Shown here: one piece after another, positions 1-9,193 of the stretch
Layout of the letters: each line of letters starts with the position of its first letter
Numbering within the stretch: position 1 is the stretch's first letter
NCBI GenBank assembly: GCA_030266845.1
Contig: JAJDIT010000008.1
Span: 1-45,060 of the forward strand
Direction: 5' to 3'
Origin: Acholeplasma sp. OttesenSCG-928-E16
GTDB lineage: Bacteria > Bacillota_I > Bacilli_A > Acholeplasmatales > Acholeplasmataceae
DNA length: 45,060 bases
Made by a program: the position numbers and the translations under genes
The notes under the pieces: generated by a model
Told to the model about the DNA's origin: nothing
Databases searched by the model: none
What the model saw: the letters and a program-made list of their open reading frames with translations, nothing else

Positions 1-1278
1 TGCCTGTTTTATCAAAACAAACGGTTGTGATTTTTGGTGAAACTTCAAAGTATTCACCGCCTTTAAAAAGTATATTATTCTTAAAAGCAATACCGGATGC
101 GACACTAATACTAGTCGGAGTTGCAAGACCAAGCGCACAAGGGCAAGAAATAACCAATACAGAAATAGCAGCCGATATGGCTTTATCAAGCCAAGAATTA
201 ATATCATCACCACTTTTGATCACTAAAAACCAGATTAGGAATGTAACAACTGCAATCAAAAAAACTAAGGGAACAAAAATGGAGGCAATTTTATCAGCAA
301 TTCTTTGGGCTCTTGGTTTAATTTTTGCTGTATCTTCGACAGTCTTAATTATTTTTGCTAGCTGAGTGTTTTCTGGACTAACAGTTACCTTTATTTTAAT
401 TGTTTCCAAAATATTAGTTGTTGCCGCAAAAACAAGTTCATCAACACCTTTTTTTCTTGGCATCAATTCGCCTGTCATTGTTTGTTCATCAATATATGTT
501 TGACCATCAATAATTACTCCATCAAGGGGGATATATTCGTTAGCCTTAACAATAATGATATCTCCGATATTTACCTTCTCAATTGGAACAATCTCTTCTA
601 CTCCATCTTTAAAAACGATTGCTTCCTTACTTTCTAGGCTCATTAATGACTCTAAAGTGCTAGAGGTTTTCTCTTTCACCCTATTTTCAATTACATTTCC
701 AATTAGAACCATTGAAATAATAGTTCCAGTTGCTTCAAAAAAATAGTGTATATGAGATTGATTACTACCAATGCTCGATATAGCCAAATAAGTACTATAT
801 ATATATGCAGATACAGTTCCCATTATTACTAACGTATCCATTCCAAGGTTTCTATTTTTTATTTGATTAAAAGTATTGACGAAAAATCTTCTACCAGGGA
901 CTAACAAAACAACACTAGCAAGTGCCAACTGAAAAAATCCGTTCATAAATACTTTAGGAACGATTCTCTCAACATTAAAGTGAGCAAACATCGTCCATAG
1001 TAAAGGCAAAGTAAAAACAACAGCAATAATCATGTCTACGAGATCAATTATTTTTGCTTTTTGGGCCTCCTTAGAGGATAAAATTGGATGATATCCGATA
1101 CTTTTTAGATTGGATATTATCTTATCAAAATCCCAAGAATCATCGTTATATTCAAATATCACCTTTTTGCTAGGGACGATGACTGTAGCTGATATGTTAT
1201 CTAGATTATTAAAATATGTCTCTATTGTTGATGCGCATCTTGCACAATCAATATTAGAAACCTTAATCACTTTTCTCA
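1..1278 (-). CDS. Heavy-metal (copper-type) translocating P1B-type ATPase, N-terminal part; the 3' end runs off the window
   Basis: The minus-strand frame is open from the window edge to an ATG at 1276-1278. Translation starts MRKVIKVSNIDCARCASTIETYFNNL (an HMA metal-binding domain with CxxC) and later contains SCPCALGLATPTSISVASG (the transmembrane CPC motif of P1B ATPases). It is absent from the ORF track because it has no in-window stop. The + ORFs 27..365 and 555..746 are antisense shadows of it. Confidence 0.8.
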
Positions 1279-1294
1279 TAATTTAAGCTTTAAT

Positions 1295-2359
1295 CTAGTA
1301 TGATAAAATTTCTTTTACTTTTTGATCATCAAGGCGTTTTATAACTTCTGTTAATAATTTAATTGCGTTAAAATAATCATCCTTATGGACGATAGAAGTG
1401 TGTGAGTGCATGTATCTAGTAGGAATACCAATTGATAATGCAGCTGCTCCATCGTGAGCCACATGAATCGCTCCAGCGTCAGTTGCTCCACTGACCAAAT
1501 AAGGTTCTTGATAAGGAATGTTTAATTCTTTTGCTACATCAATGACAAACTTTCTCAATCCTTGGTGAGCGATTAGTCCACCATCTGATAAGTGAATTTG
1601 CGGTCCGGCCCCTAATTTCACTTGCGAATCAGAAGATAAATTACCGCCTGGCACATCATTTCCGACACCACTATCAATAGCAAAAGCAATCTTTGGATTA
1701 ATTACATAACTAGAAGTTTTCGCGCCTCTTAAGCCTACTTCTTCCTGAGTGGTGAATGAAGCATATAAATTGTTTGGATGTTCATCAAGGTCTTTTAAAA
1801 TAGCCATCGCTACTGCACATCCAATACGATCGTCGAAAGCCTTACCAAGTAGGTAGTCTCCATTTCCCAACTCTTTAAATTCGGTAACTGGGGTTACCAT
1901 ATTTCCTAATTCGATACCTAATTCAATTGCACCTTCTTTACTATTGACACCAATATCTAGATACATTTGATCAATTGGAATAGCGTCTTTTCTTTTATCA
2001 GCAGGAATTAAATGTGGTGGTTTGACACCACTTACTGCATATACGATCCCTTTTTTGGTGTTGATTTGCCAAAGTTGTGCAAGCATTACTTGGGAAAACC
2101 AGCCGCCAAGAGGTGTGAATTTCAAAAAACCGTCTTTGCTTATTTCTGTAATCATTAGACCAATCTCATCCATATGCGCTGAAATCATAATAGTTGGTCC
2201 ATTTCCTTTTTTAGAAGCAATTAATGAACCTAAATTATCATAAGATACTTCTGAGACATAGTTTTTAATTTCACTTTTTATATAGTTAGAAACTTCTTTT
2301 TCGTATGCTGGAACACCACTAAGCATTGTAAGATTTTTTAAATTTTTAATTTCATCCAT
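1295..2359 (-). CDS. M42 family aminopeptidase (glutamyl aminopeptidase / CelM-like)
   Basis: A 354-aa ORF. Motifs HMDEIGLMIT, FDDRIGCAVAMA and FTTQEEVGLRGAKT are typical of the M42 (FrvX/PepA) metallopeptidase family. Confidence 0.85.
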   Translation of the reverse strand: MDEIKNLKNLTMLSGVPAYEKEVSNYIKSEIKNYVSEVSYDNLGSLIASKKGNGPTIMISAHMDEIGLMITEISKDGFLKFTPLGGWFSQVMLAQLWQINTKKGIVYAVSGVKPPHLIPADKRKDAIPIDQMYLDIGVNSKEGAIELGIELGNMVTPVTEFKELGNGDYLLGKAFDDRIGCAVAMAILKDLDEHPNNLYASFTTQEEVGLRGAKTSSYVINPKIAFAIDSGVGNDVPGGNLSSDSQVKLGAGPQIHLSDGGLIAHQGLRKFVIDVAKELNIPYQEPYLVSGATDAGAIHVAHDGAAALSIGIPTRYMHSHTSIVHKDDYFNAIKLLTEVIKRLDDQKVKEILSY

Positions 2360-2970
2360 TAGTTTTTCACTCTCTTTCTTTCGGTAGCACCAACAATAGC
2401 GATACCTAACATTATGGCACCTAATATAGCAATTGCAAAGGCAACGATGATTTGGAATTGTTCTACTTTTGGACCATTAAAGAATAACCAAACACCAAAT
2501 GAGACGGCTAACAATCCAACTAGGAATACCAATCCCTTATTTTTTGGACTAGAAAAGGCACATTGAGATAACTTTATTGCCCCATGTATCCAAAAGATCA
2601 ATCCGTACCACTGGTTTACAGCAAGGAAATTAAATGCTTCTATTGAGACTCCAAATATATCTAGGAAAAATGGAATAATAAATCCAAATACTGCAACAAA
2701 AGCGACTATCAATAATTCTAAGCCATATATAATCTTATATCCGCCACGACTAGCTTTAAAACTCGGGAATATAATAAATACTGCTAAAATCGCCACTAAA
2801 AGTCCAGACACTAATAACATTAAATCTAACTTACTTTTATCGCCAAAATTAATAACGATCGTGTGTGGATCAGAGATGAAATATTTAATAATCAGAAATA
2901 GTCCTAATCCAAAAATAATAATTCCTAGTATTAGCCATAAAAGCCAATTTTTCTTCATTGTTTTAATCAT
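2359..2970 (-). CDS. Small polytopic membrane protein of unknown function; start re-set to the internal ATG (MIKTMKKNW...) that has a GGAGG Shine-Dalgarno
   Basis: The ORF track gives 2359..3096. The first 42 codons overlap the structured G+C-rich intergenic element. The minus strand reads AAUUGGAGGAAGAAAAUGAUU immediately before M43. The rest of the protein is about 6 hydrophobic helices. Its stop overlaps the start of the M42 peptidase gene. Confidence 0.55.
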   Translation of the reverse strand: MIKTMKKNWLLWLILGIIIFGLGLFLIIKYFISDPHTIVINFGDKSKLDLMLLVSGLLVAILAVFIIFPSFKASRGGYKIIYGLELLIVAFVAVFGFIIPFFLDIFGVSIEAFNFLAVNQWYGLIFWIHGAIKLSQCAFSSPKNKGLVFLVGLLAVSFGVWLFFNGPKVEQFQIIVAFAIAILGAIMLGIAIVGATERKRVKN

Positions 2971-3014
2971 TTTCTTCCTCCAATTTTTTATCAAATAATT
3001 ATTTTTAAAATAAA

Positions 3015-3157
3015 GGTCTAGAAAGTTGGTGAGAACGAAAAATTCTAAGTGGGAACATCTAAGCCGATTTTGGGATTCCAATTTAATGGCTTTCACTCCT
3101 ATCGGTATTCCATCCCCCTTCTAATGGTTTGGGTTCCACGCTGTACTTTCTAGACAC
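3015..3157. ncRNA. Candidate structured RNA element or elaborate terminator (nested long-range stems); family unassigned
   Basis: An 11-bp perfect outer helix (plus 3015-3026 gtctagaaagt with 3145-3155 actttctagac) encloses a second helix (gtgggaac at 3049-3056 with gttccac at 3133-3139). Further inner pairings follow (gccgat/atcgg, gggat/atccc). G+C is visibly higher than in the flanking AT-rich spacers. On the minus strand the outer helix is followed by CUUUAUUUUA. Confidence 0.3.
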
Positions 3158-3202
3158 CCTTAATATATCATATTAAGAATCGATTATCAATTAAAAATGC
3201 TT

Positions 3203-4006
3203 CTACTTTTTCAGCATTTTTTTGACATCTTCCTTGCTGACAATATCCCTTGATAAGCCAAAGTGAACTGTCGCCTCAACGAAACCATCTTTTTTACCAA
3301 TATCATATCGTTTTCCATCTATTTTATAGGCATATGCTCTAACTTCACTCATTTGTCTTAAAATAGCATCGGTAAGTTGAATTTCATTTAGTGCGCCAGC
3401 AGTTTGTGTTTCTAAATACTTAAAGATAGATGGAATCAAGATGTAACGTCCACTAATTGCTAGATTAGATGGGGCATCTTTTGGATCTGGCTTTTCGATA
3501 ACGCCTTTTAATCTTAATACTTTGCCGCTTTCACCATCTAGCGGATCACATATTCCATATTTATTAGAATCGCTCTTATCGATAGCAATGGTTCCCAAAA
3601 TCGTACCATTATTATTTTCATAAACATCAATAAGTTGTTTTAATGCAGGAGTTTTTGAGACAAACATGTCATCTCCTAATAGACACGCAAATGCATTATT
3701 ACCTATCAAGTCTTTCGTCATTAAAACTGCGTGTCCTAAACCTTTTTGTTCTTCCTGATAAGCATATCCTATTCTTATCATTTTCCCTTGATACTCAAAG
3801 ATATTACCAAAATATTCCTTGATCATTGCTTTTTTATCACTAATGATAAGGATTATCTCCTCTATTCCACTTGCTGCTGCCTCCTCGATAATATATTCTA
3901 GGCAAGGTTTGTCGATAATTGGGAGCATCTCTTTTGGAAAAGTTTTGGTGATTGGTCTAAATCTAGTCCCTAGACCTGCTGCTGGGATAATTGCTTTTTT
4001 TATCAT
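3203..4006 (-). CDS. galU: UTP--glucose-1-phosphate uridylyltransferase
   Basis: A 267-aa ORF. The N-terminus MIKKAIIPAAGLGTRFRPITKTFPKEMLPIIDKP is the nucleotidyltransferase G-loop signature of GalU. A GGAGG Shine-Dalgarno lies upstream of the ATG. Confidence 0.9.
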   Translation of the reverse strand: MIKKAIIPAAGLGTRFRPITKTFPKEMLPIIDKPCLEYIIEEAAASGIEEIILIISDKKAMIKEYFGNIFEYQGKMIRIGYAYQEEQKGLGHAVLMTKDLIGNNAFACLLGDDMFVSKTPALKQLIDVYENNNGTILGTIAIDKSDSNKYGICDPLDGESGKVLRLKGVIEKPDPKDAPSNLAISGRYILIPSIFKYLETQTAGALNEIQLTDAILRQMSEVRAYAYKIDGKRYDIGKKDGFVEATVHFGLSRDIVSKEDVKKMLKK

Positions 4007-4018
4007 TTTTAAATCCTC

Positions 4019-5473
4019 CTAATAAAATACTGATATTCTTACATAATTTCCACGATTAATCATCGCGTCCATTAGTACATCTCTAATTTTCTGTTCAATA
4101 ATAAAGTCGGTGTTTGGGGAAAATACATCCACCCTCACAGTATAGTAGCCTTCTTCGTCAAGTTCCTCAAGTCTTACTGTGAAATACTTTTCTTGAAATA
4201 TCTTTAAGTCCTCCAAAGAATCAAAATAGAAAATCATACTGATGATAATGTCACTTTCGATTTCTAGTTCTTTTAGTAATGAGGCTAAGTGAAGTGCCCT
4301 AGCAACAATGTACTCTGTTTTATGGAAAAAGTTTGTTTCATAGACCTTTTTGTTGACATCATCGATTATTAGTGCATCAACCTTAACATTAAATTGTTTT
4401 GAAAGGTATTGTTGAAATTTTGTAATCCTCTTACTTTGTTTATAATGAAAGTCAGCATAAATAATAGTATTCTTTTTGTCAAAAGCATAAGTTGTAACAA
4501 TGAAACGATGGAAATTAGCATAAACCAAAATATCTTTCATCTTTTTATCAAAACGCTCTTTTGAGATAGGTAAAATATATCTTGTCACCTTAGTGAAAGT
4601 CTCATTATATACTAATGGTTCAAATAAGGCATTGGCATAAACATCCCAGTTTTTATCTACATCACGGTAGTGATAACTAGAATATGCAACTCTCTGAAAG
4701 TAAAGGTATATTTCATAACCGATGAATACCAAAGCAATTACCGATAATAAAACACTAAATATTATCTTAAATATTGGTGAGAAAGTGGATACAGCAATTA
4801 TGAATATTAATACAGGGAAAATTGTTACTCCGATTGTTCTAAACATTGATGTAAATCCCTTCTTCTGCAAGACAAAAGCAAGAATGAACAAAATAAATAC
4901 TCCATATGTGGAAAGTATCGTAAATGAATTCAACTCATTAATATTGGCAACTATTCCACCTAGCTCAGTAATTAATAGAAAAATTGCGACTGCCAGTAAT
5001 ACTAGAGTTAATAATTGCCTAGTCCTTAAATACCATTTTTTGGTGTATAATTTTCTAGTTTGTGGAAGATGGAAATATTCCTTCATCGCTTTTCGATAAG
5101 CTGTATTTGGCCAGTACGATCCGTGAATATCAATTCTAAGTGGCAGTGTATCTCCTTCTTTGAATTTACTATTTAGATACTTCTCAAAAGATGATAAGGG
5201 ATTAATCAAAAATAGAAGTGTTCCTAAGACCGAAAAAGCGACTACATAGTCACTAAAGAAAATAACTCCAAGTAATGGAACAATCCCATAAAACAAGTAG
5301 ATTATGAATCTTGGTAATCCACCAAACAAAAAGAATGAAATATAGATTAAAAGGAGCACCTCAGTAATACCGATGATGACTCGTTGCTCGTTATTTGAAA
5401 GAATAATACCTATCGCTGTTAAGACAACCGAGATCATAGCGGTAGCGACTGAAATAACAAGTCTCTTTTTCAT
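4019..5473 (-). CDS. Membrane protein of unknown function: N-terminal ~8 transmembrane helices plus a ~200-aa C-terminal soluble domain
   Basis: A 484-aa ORF. Residues 1-270 are strongly hydrophobic and helix-rich. The C-terminal part (YHYRDVDKNWDVYANALFEPLVYNETF...RISVFY) has no motif I recognise. It lies 13 nt downstream of galU on the same strand. Confidence 0.55.
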   Translation of the reverse strand: MKKRLVISVATAMISVVLTAIGIILSNNEQRVIIGITEVLLLIYISFFLFGGLPRFIIYLFYGIVPLLGVIFFSDYVVAFSVLGTLLFLINPLSSFEKYLNSKFKEGDTLPLRIDIHGSYWPNTAYRKAMKEYFHLPQTRKLYTKKWYLRTRQLLTLVLLAVAIFLLITELGGIVANINELNSFTILSTYGVFILFILAFVLQKKGFTSMFRTIGVTIFPVLIFIIAVSTFSPIFKIIFSVLLSVIALVFIGYEIYLYFQRVAYSSYHYRDVDKNWDVYANALFEPLVYNETFTKVTRYILPISKERFDKKMKDILVYANFHRFIVTTYAFDKKNTIIYADFHYKQSKRITKFQQYLSKQFNVKVDALIIDDVNKKVYETNFFHKTEYIVARALHLASLLKELEIESDIIISMIFYFDSLEDLKIFQEKYFTVRLEELDEEGYYTVRVDVFSPNTDFIIEQKIRDVLMDAMINRGNYVRISVFY

Positions 5474-5552
5474 AAATACTCCTTCTTTTTAATATTATAA
5501 CTCATTTTGAGTTAGAAGAGTATAAGTTAAGGAAAAAAGCCTATGATTGTCT

Positions 5553-5596
5553 AAAAAAAGGACATTTTCTTTTTATAATTAATGTCCCTTTTTTAT
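5553..5596 (-). terminator. Rho-independent terminator (hairpin ggacatt/aatgtcc flanked by A-run and T-run; potentially bidirectional)
   Basis: Plus 5553-5596 reads aaaaaaaGGACATTttctttttataattAATGTCCcttttttatt. It sits just downstream of the 5619..9026 lipoprotein gene on the minus strand. Confidence 0.5.
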
Positions 5597-5618
5597 TTAA
5601 ATAAAATTTAATTAAGTA

Positions 5619-8600
5619 TTATGGAATATATTTATACTCTAATATATTGATTGAGATTCCAACTGTCAATAATCCGACTGCTGTTATTCCGCCTCCACCT
5701 TGATGTAATCTAGTACCAAAGTTTATATTTGTCTCATATGTATGTGGACACCATAGGTATTCCCCTGGTTTTAAGGAAACTAAAATATTGTTTGTAGAAT
5801 CATTAGTACCTGAGTCTCCTAGGTGTTGATTCACCTTATATGACCCATTGTCATTTGGTGAGAATATAATTTTACCGTATCCATAAAGTGATGCATTATT
5901 TCTTCCGTATGTTTCACTTATATCAAAAGATAGTGTATTGTCAGAAGTATTAAAATATAATGCTCCTCCTCCACTGGTAGCTGTTGGAACGCCTTTAATT
6001 AATCCTTGATTGTAGATAGTTGTACTTGTTCCATAAGGGCGTAGTTCAGTCTTTAGGAAAGTTGAATCACCACTTCCTAAGGATATAAAAGCTTTTTCAC
6101 CAATGAAGAAGACACTATCACCAACGATAATTGCATATCCACCAAAGCCAATGGCAGCTAGTTGTTGTTCATAAGTACTACTACTTGGAGATGTTGATCC
6201 TGATGCGAAAACACTCTTTTGTCCGCTAGCTAAAATTCCAAAGTTTATTGTTACCTCCTTAGAGGCATCAAGATACTGCACCGTAATAATAGCTTCTAAT
6301 GTCTCGATTGACATTTTCAATAACTCTCCAGTTAAAAGGTTAAAGTGCGAATTCATTGTGTTGTCGTTGAATGAATAACTAACCCCATCTACTTTAGGAA
6401 ACTCAAAATCGGTAACAATCTGACTTGGTAATTGTCTTATTACTTGATTAATTACTTTCATCTCTGGGTACAACAAGCCATCTAGTTCCTCTAGTTTTAT
6501 CTCTAATAATTCATGATATCTCACTAAATTACTTATACTTGAATCAAGGCTTTCATAAGTAGTTTGAAGTCTTTCTAACATATCTTTATGTTCAAGAGTA
6601 ATAACTTCTGGAATACTTTGAATTTCCATATCTAAAAGATAGGCACTTTTCTCGTCTAAACTAAAATCCTTTGTCGTCTCATTCTTACTATTATATGGGC
6701 AAGGAGCTAAAAGAGTGAAGTCTCCTTCGTTGTTATTAGTGTCTAGGAAGTTAGTTCTCGTGTAAGAATAAATTCCATTAAATGGGCTAGCTATCGGATT
6801 TTTCTCATAACTTGAAGAACTAGAGAAGCCAACCAAATCGATAACGTTGGATTCTTGGTCTACTAGCTTTATATAGTTTGGAGTATTAGTTAGGAAACTA
6901 GCATCATTTACATATTTATCAGCATATGGTAAATACCCACCGTTAATGTAATGTGGAGTAGAAATTAAGTAATAACTATTCGCCTTAATTACATCGTCCT
7001 TATTAAATTCATATTCTTTATCATCAATTATTAGTTTATAACCAAGTAGATTGATATTTGATGATGAATCATTGTATAGTTCAATGAATCCACTGCCAAG
7101 AGCGTTATTAGTCTGGCCTGGTAAAGCACAATAAATCTCATTAATTAATATTTTCGTCGATACCTTGTCAAGTGCATAAAGGTCTCTTGCTAATTTAATT
7201 AAATAGTTGTTTGTATATGCAATGCTTTTTACATTCTCTGGAAGTGCCTCATATGCTGCTTGAGCAGTTTCAATTGCTGTCTTTGAAGTCTTTGTAACTG
7301 GGAATGGTACTGCAGCTACCAAACCATCAAAATTTGCTAATGAAGTCTTTTGAGAGTCATTTAAATTAATAGTTGTTGTATTATCTTTTCCGGTTAGAAT
7401 TGATGAATACACTTTTGATTCATTTAAACCTTTATTGTTCTTAATTGTAACTAGATAACTTACTCTAAGAGCTGAGTCAGGTTGCGCAATCACTCTTCCT
7501 CGATCGTCTACATAATCAGGTGCCAATGATCTAAATGATACCTGACAATCTTTTAGTAATGTTAGAGCCTTATGCTCTGCAACAACCATATCTATTGCAT
7601 GACTATATAGATTTGCAGTTCTTAATGTTTGCGGGCAGTTCTTTTTATTCCAATCATAATGCTGAACAATGGCATCATAAGATAAATCGTATTTGATTAA
7701 TAGTTGAGCCATAAGTTTTGCAGTTCGATGCCATGTCACTGCCAAATCAGATCCAAAGTCAACACAAGTCTCAACGCCTATACTTGAAGAATATGAGGCA
7801 TATGTATCCCCTTGCCAAGTAACCTCGTTATCAGGAATGTGATAAACTACTCGCTCTTCATCTACTGTATAATGCCAGCTTCGTGCTCTATTCTCATTTG
7901 CATTCCAATCACCAACCATAAAATCAGCATGGGCTAAAGCATTTGCACCCTTGGTTGCATTTCCAGTATCATGATAAGTAATGTATTTTGTTTCCTCGTG
8001 TTTTATCCCTGTTCTAACTATCTTGTCAGCTTCTGCTCTTGTAAGTAATTCTTGGGTTGCTTTCATTCCTTCATACTTAGTATTCGTGATGGGAATAATC
8101 TTATTTATTAGATTTAATGTCATGTTTGAGTATAAGTTAACACTACCATATACCGTTTGGACTTGAGTCGATCCCTCACTAAATGAAGTAACGCTTTTTA
8201 CGAATGGAGATTCAATATGAAAAGTATCTAATACAGCAATTGGATCGAATACAACTTCAATTTCAAAAGAATCAGACTTATTAGGATCATAATCAGAAGT
8301 TACCGAAATTGTTACTTTACCGATGCTTTTTGCAGTCATTACGCCCAAATCATCAATTGATATAACTGAAGAATTGCTTGATGACCAAGACACTTTATCA
8401 TTTGCGATTGCAGGAACCACTTCCACTTCTAGTTTCCTTGAATCATAAAGCCAAATTTCATTATCTTTTTCTTTAACAGTAATGGAATCAACAGTCAATT
8501 CGGATATTACAATGCTATGTGTCGCTTTTTCGTTATAAATGGATGTAGCAGTTATTGTAACAGTTCCTTTTGAAACAGCTAGGACTTGACCCTCATTATC

Positions 8601-9026
8601 TACGGTAGCAATCTTAGTATCGCTAGAACTCCAAGTCATATCACCACTTAAATTTGTAGTTAATAGTGCAGAATCACCTACCATAATGGTTTCTTCTCCA
8701 CTAATACTAATGTTCCTTCCAACGACAGTGACTTTTAATGTTTCGCTTAATTTTTCATCGGCTGTTTTAAAAACAACATCCGAAGTTCCAATTTTAATGG
8801 CTTGAATTGTATCATTTTCGAGTTTTAAGACACTATCATCAGAAACCAAAATTACTACATTCTGGTCGCTATTTAATAGGGTGTATTTTAATTGATAAGT
8901 TTCCAAAATTGCTAATGTCTTTGTTTTTTCATCAATAGTTAGTGATGGTTTTGGGGTATTATCCGTACAAGCAGCGAGCATCAGAATGAAAGCTACTATA
9001 CTAAATGTTGTCCAAATTTTTCTCAT
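5619..9026 (-). CDS. Large multidomain surface lipoprotein: Big_2-like Ig repeats, an N-acetylmuramoyl-L-alanine amidase (Amidase_2/PGRP-type) domain and a lamin-tail-like (LTD) domain
   Basis: A 1135-aa ORF. The N-terminus MRKIWTTFSIVAFILMLAAC is a signal peptide plus lipobox. The repeated TVTITATS / KVTISVTS segments are Big_2-like. The stretch ITYHDTGNAT...WHYTVDEE...SIGVE...IVQHYDWNKKNCPQTL matches the Zn ligand pattern of T7-lysozyme/PGRP amidases (HxS/T..., H-x7-C). ILINEIYCALPGQTNNALGSGFIELYN resembles the LTD consensus. The C-terminus ends in a hydrophobic stretch. Confidence 0.75.
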   Translation of the reverse strand: MRKIWTTFSIVAFILMLAACTDNTPKPSLTIDEKTKTLAILETYQLKYTLLNSDQNVVILVSDDSVLKLENDTIQAIKIGTSDVVFKTADEKLSETLKVTVVGRNISISGEETIMVGDSALLTTNLSGDMTWSSSDTKIATVDNEGQVLAVSKGTVTITATSIYNEKATHSIVISELTVDSITVKEKDNEIWLYDSRKLEVEVVPAIANDKVSWSSSNSSVISIDDLGVMTAKSIGKVTISVTSDYDPNKSDSFEIEVVFDPIAVLDTFHIESPFVKSVTSFSEGSTQVQTVYGSVNLYSNMTLNLINKIIPITNTKYEGMKATQELLTRAEADKIVRTGIKHEETKYITYHDTGNATKGANALAHADFMVGDWNANENRARSWHYTVDEERVVYHIPDNEVTWQGDTYASYSSSIGVETCVDFGSDLAVTWHRTAKLMAQLLIKYDLSYDAIVQHYDWNKKNCPQTLRTANLYSHAIDMVVAEHKALTLLKDCQVSFRSLAPDYVDDRGRVIAQPDSALRVSYLVTIKNNKGLNESKVYSSILTGKDNTTTINLNDSQKTSLANFDGLVAAVPFPVTKTSKTAIETAQAAYEALPENVKSIAYTNNYLIKLARDLYALDKVSTKILINEIYCALPGQTNNALGSGFIELYNDSSSNINLLGYKLIIDDKEYEFNKDDVIKANSYYLISTPHYINGGYLPYADKYVNDASFLTNTPNYIKLVDQESNVIDLVGFSSSSSYEKNPIASPFNGIYSYTRTNFLDTNNNEGDFTLLAPCPYNSKNETTKDFSLDEKSAYLLDMEIQSIPEVITLEHKDMLERLQTTYESLDSSISNLVRYHELLEIKLEELDGLLYPEMKVINQVIRQLPSQIVTDFEFPKVDGVSYSFNDNTMNSHFNLLTGELLKMSIETLEAIITVQYLDASKEVTINFGILASGQKSVFASGSTSPSSSTYEQQLAAIGFGGYAIIVGDSVFFIGEKAFISLGSGDSTFLKTELRPYGTSTTIYNQGLIKGVPTATSGGGALYFNTSDNTLSFDISETYGRNNASLYGYGKIIFSPNDNGSYKVNQHLGDSGTNDSTNNILVSLKPGEYLWCPHTYETNINFGTRLHQGGGGITAVGLLTVGISINILEYKYIP

Positions 9027-9133
9027 AAAATCTCCTGTTTTTCTTTTATCATATCATATGTTTCATAGATAAATAAGCACAATGTAAGCGTTTTATATTT
9101 TTTTCGTATTATGAAAATGTTATTCAAAGATTA

Positions 9134-9179
9134 TAAAAAAACCACCAGTATTTAGGTTTAAAATCCTTGAAACTGATGG
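9134..9179 (-). terminator. Rho-independent terminator of the infC-rpmI-rplT operon
   Basis: The minus strand reads CCAUCAGUUUCAAGGAUUUUAAACCUAAAUACUGGUGG followed by UUUUUUU (plus 9134-9141 is an A-run). It lies immediately 3' of the rplT stop at 9194. Confidence 0.6.
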
Positions 9180-9193
9180 CGTTTAATTAATTC

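Noticed and set aside
27-746. Plus-strand ORFs 27..365 (112 aa) and 555..746 (63 aa)
   Set aside because: Both lie antisense inside the minus-strand P-type ATPase reading frame, which carries unmistakable HMA and CPC motifs. They have low-complexity hydrophobic translations and no Shine-Dalgarno, so they are shadow ORFs.
3000-3180. SRP (4.5S/scRNA) or tmRNA identity for the structured element downstream of galU
   Set aside because: I could find neither the domain-IV GGAA tetraloop/AGCAG motifs of SRP RNA nor tRNA-like ends, and the tmRNA is elsewhere. The element is left unassigned and reported as a finding.
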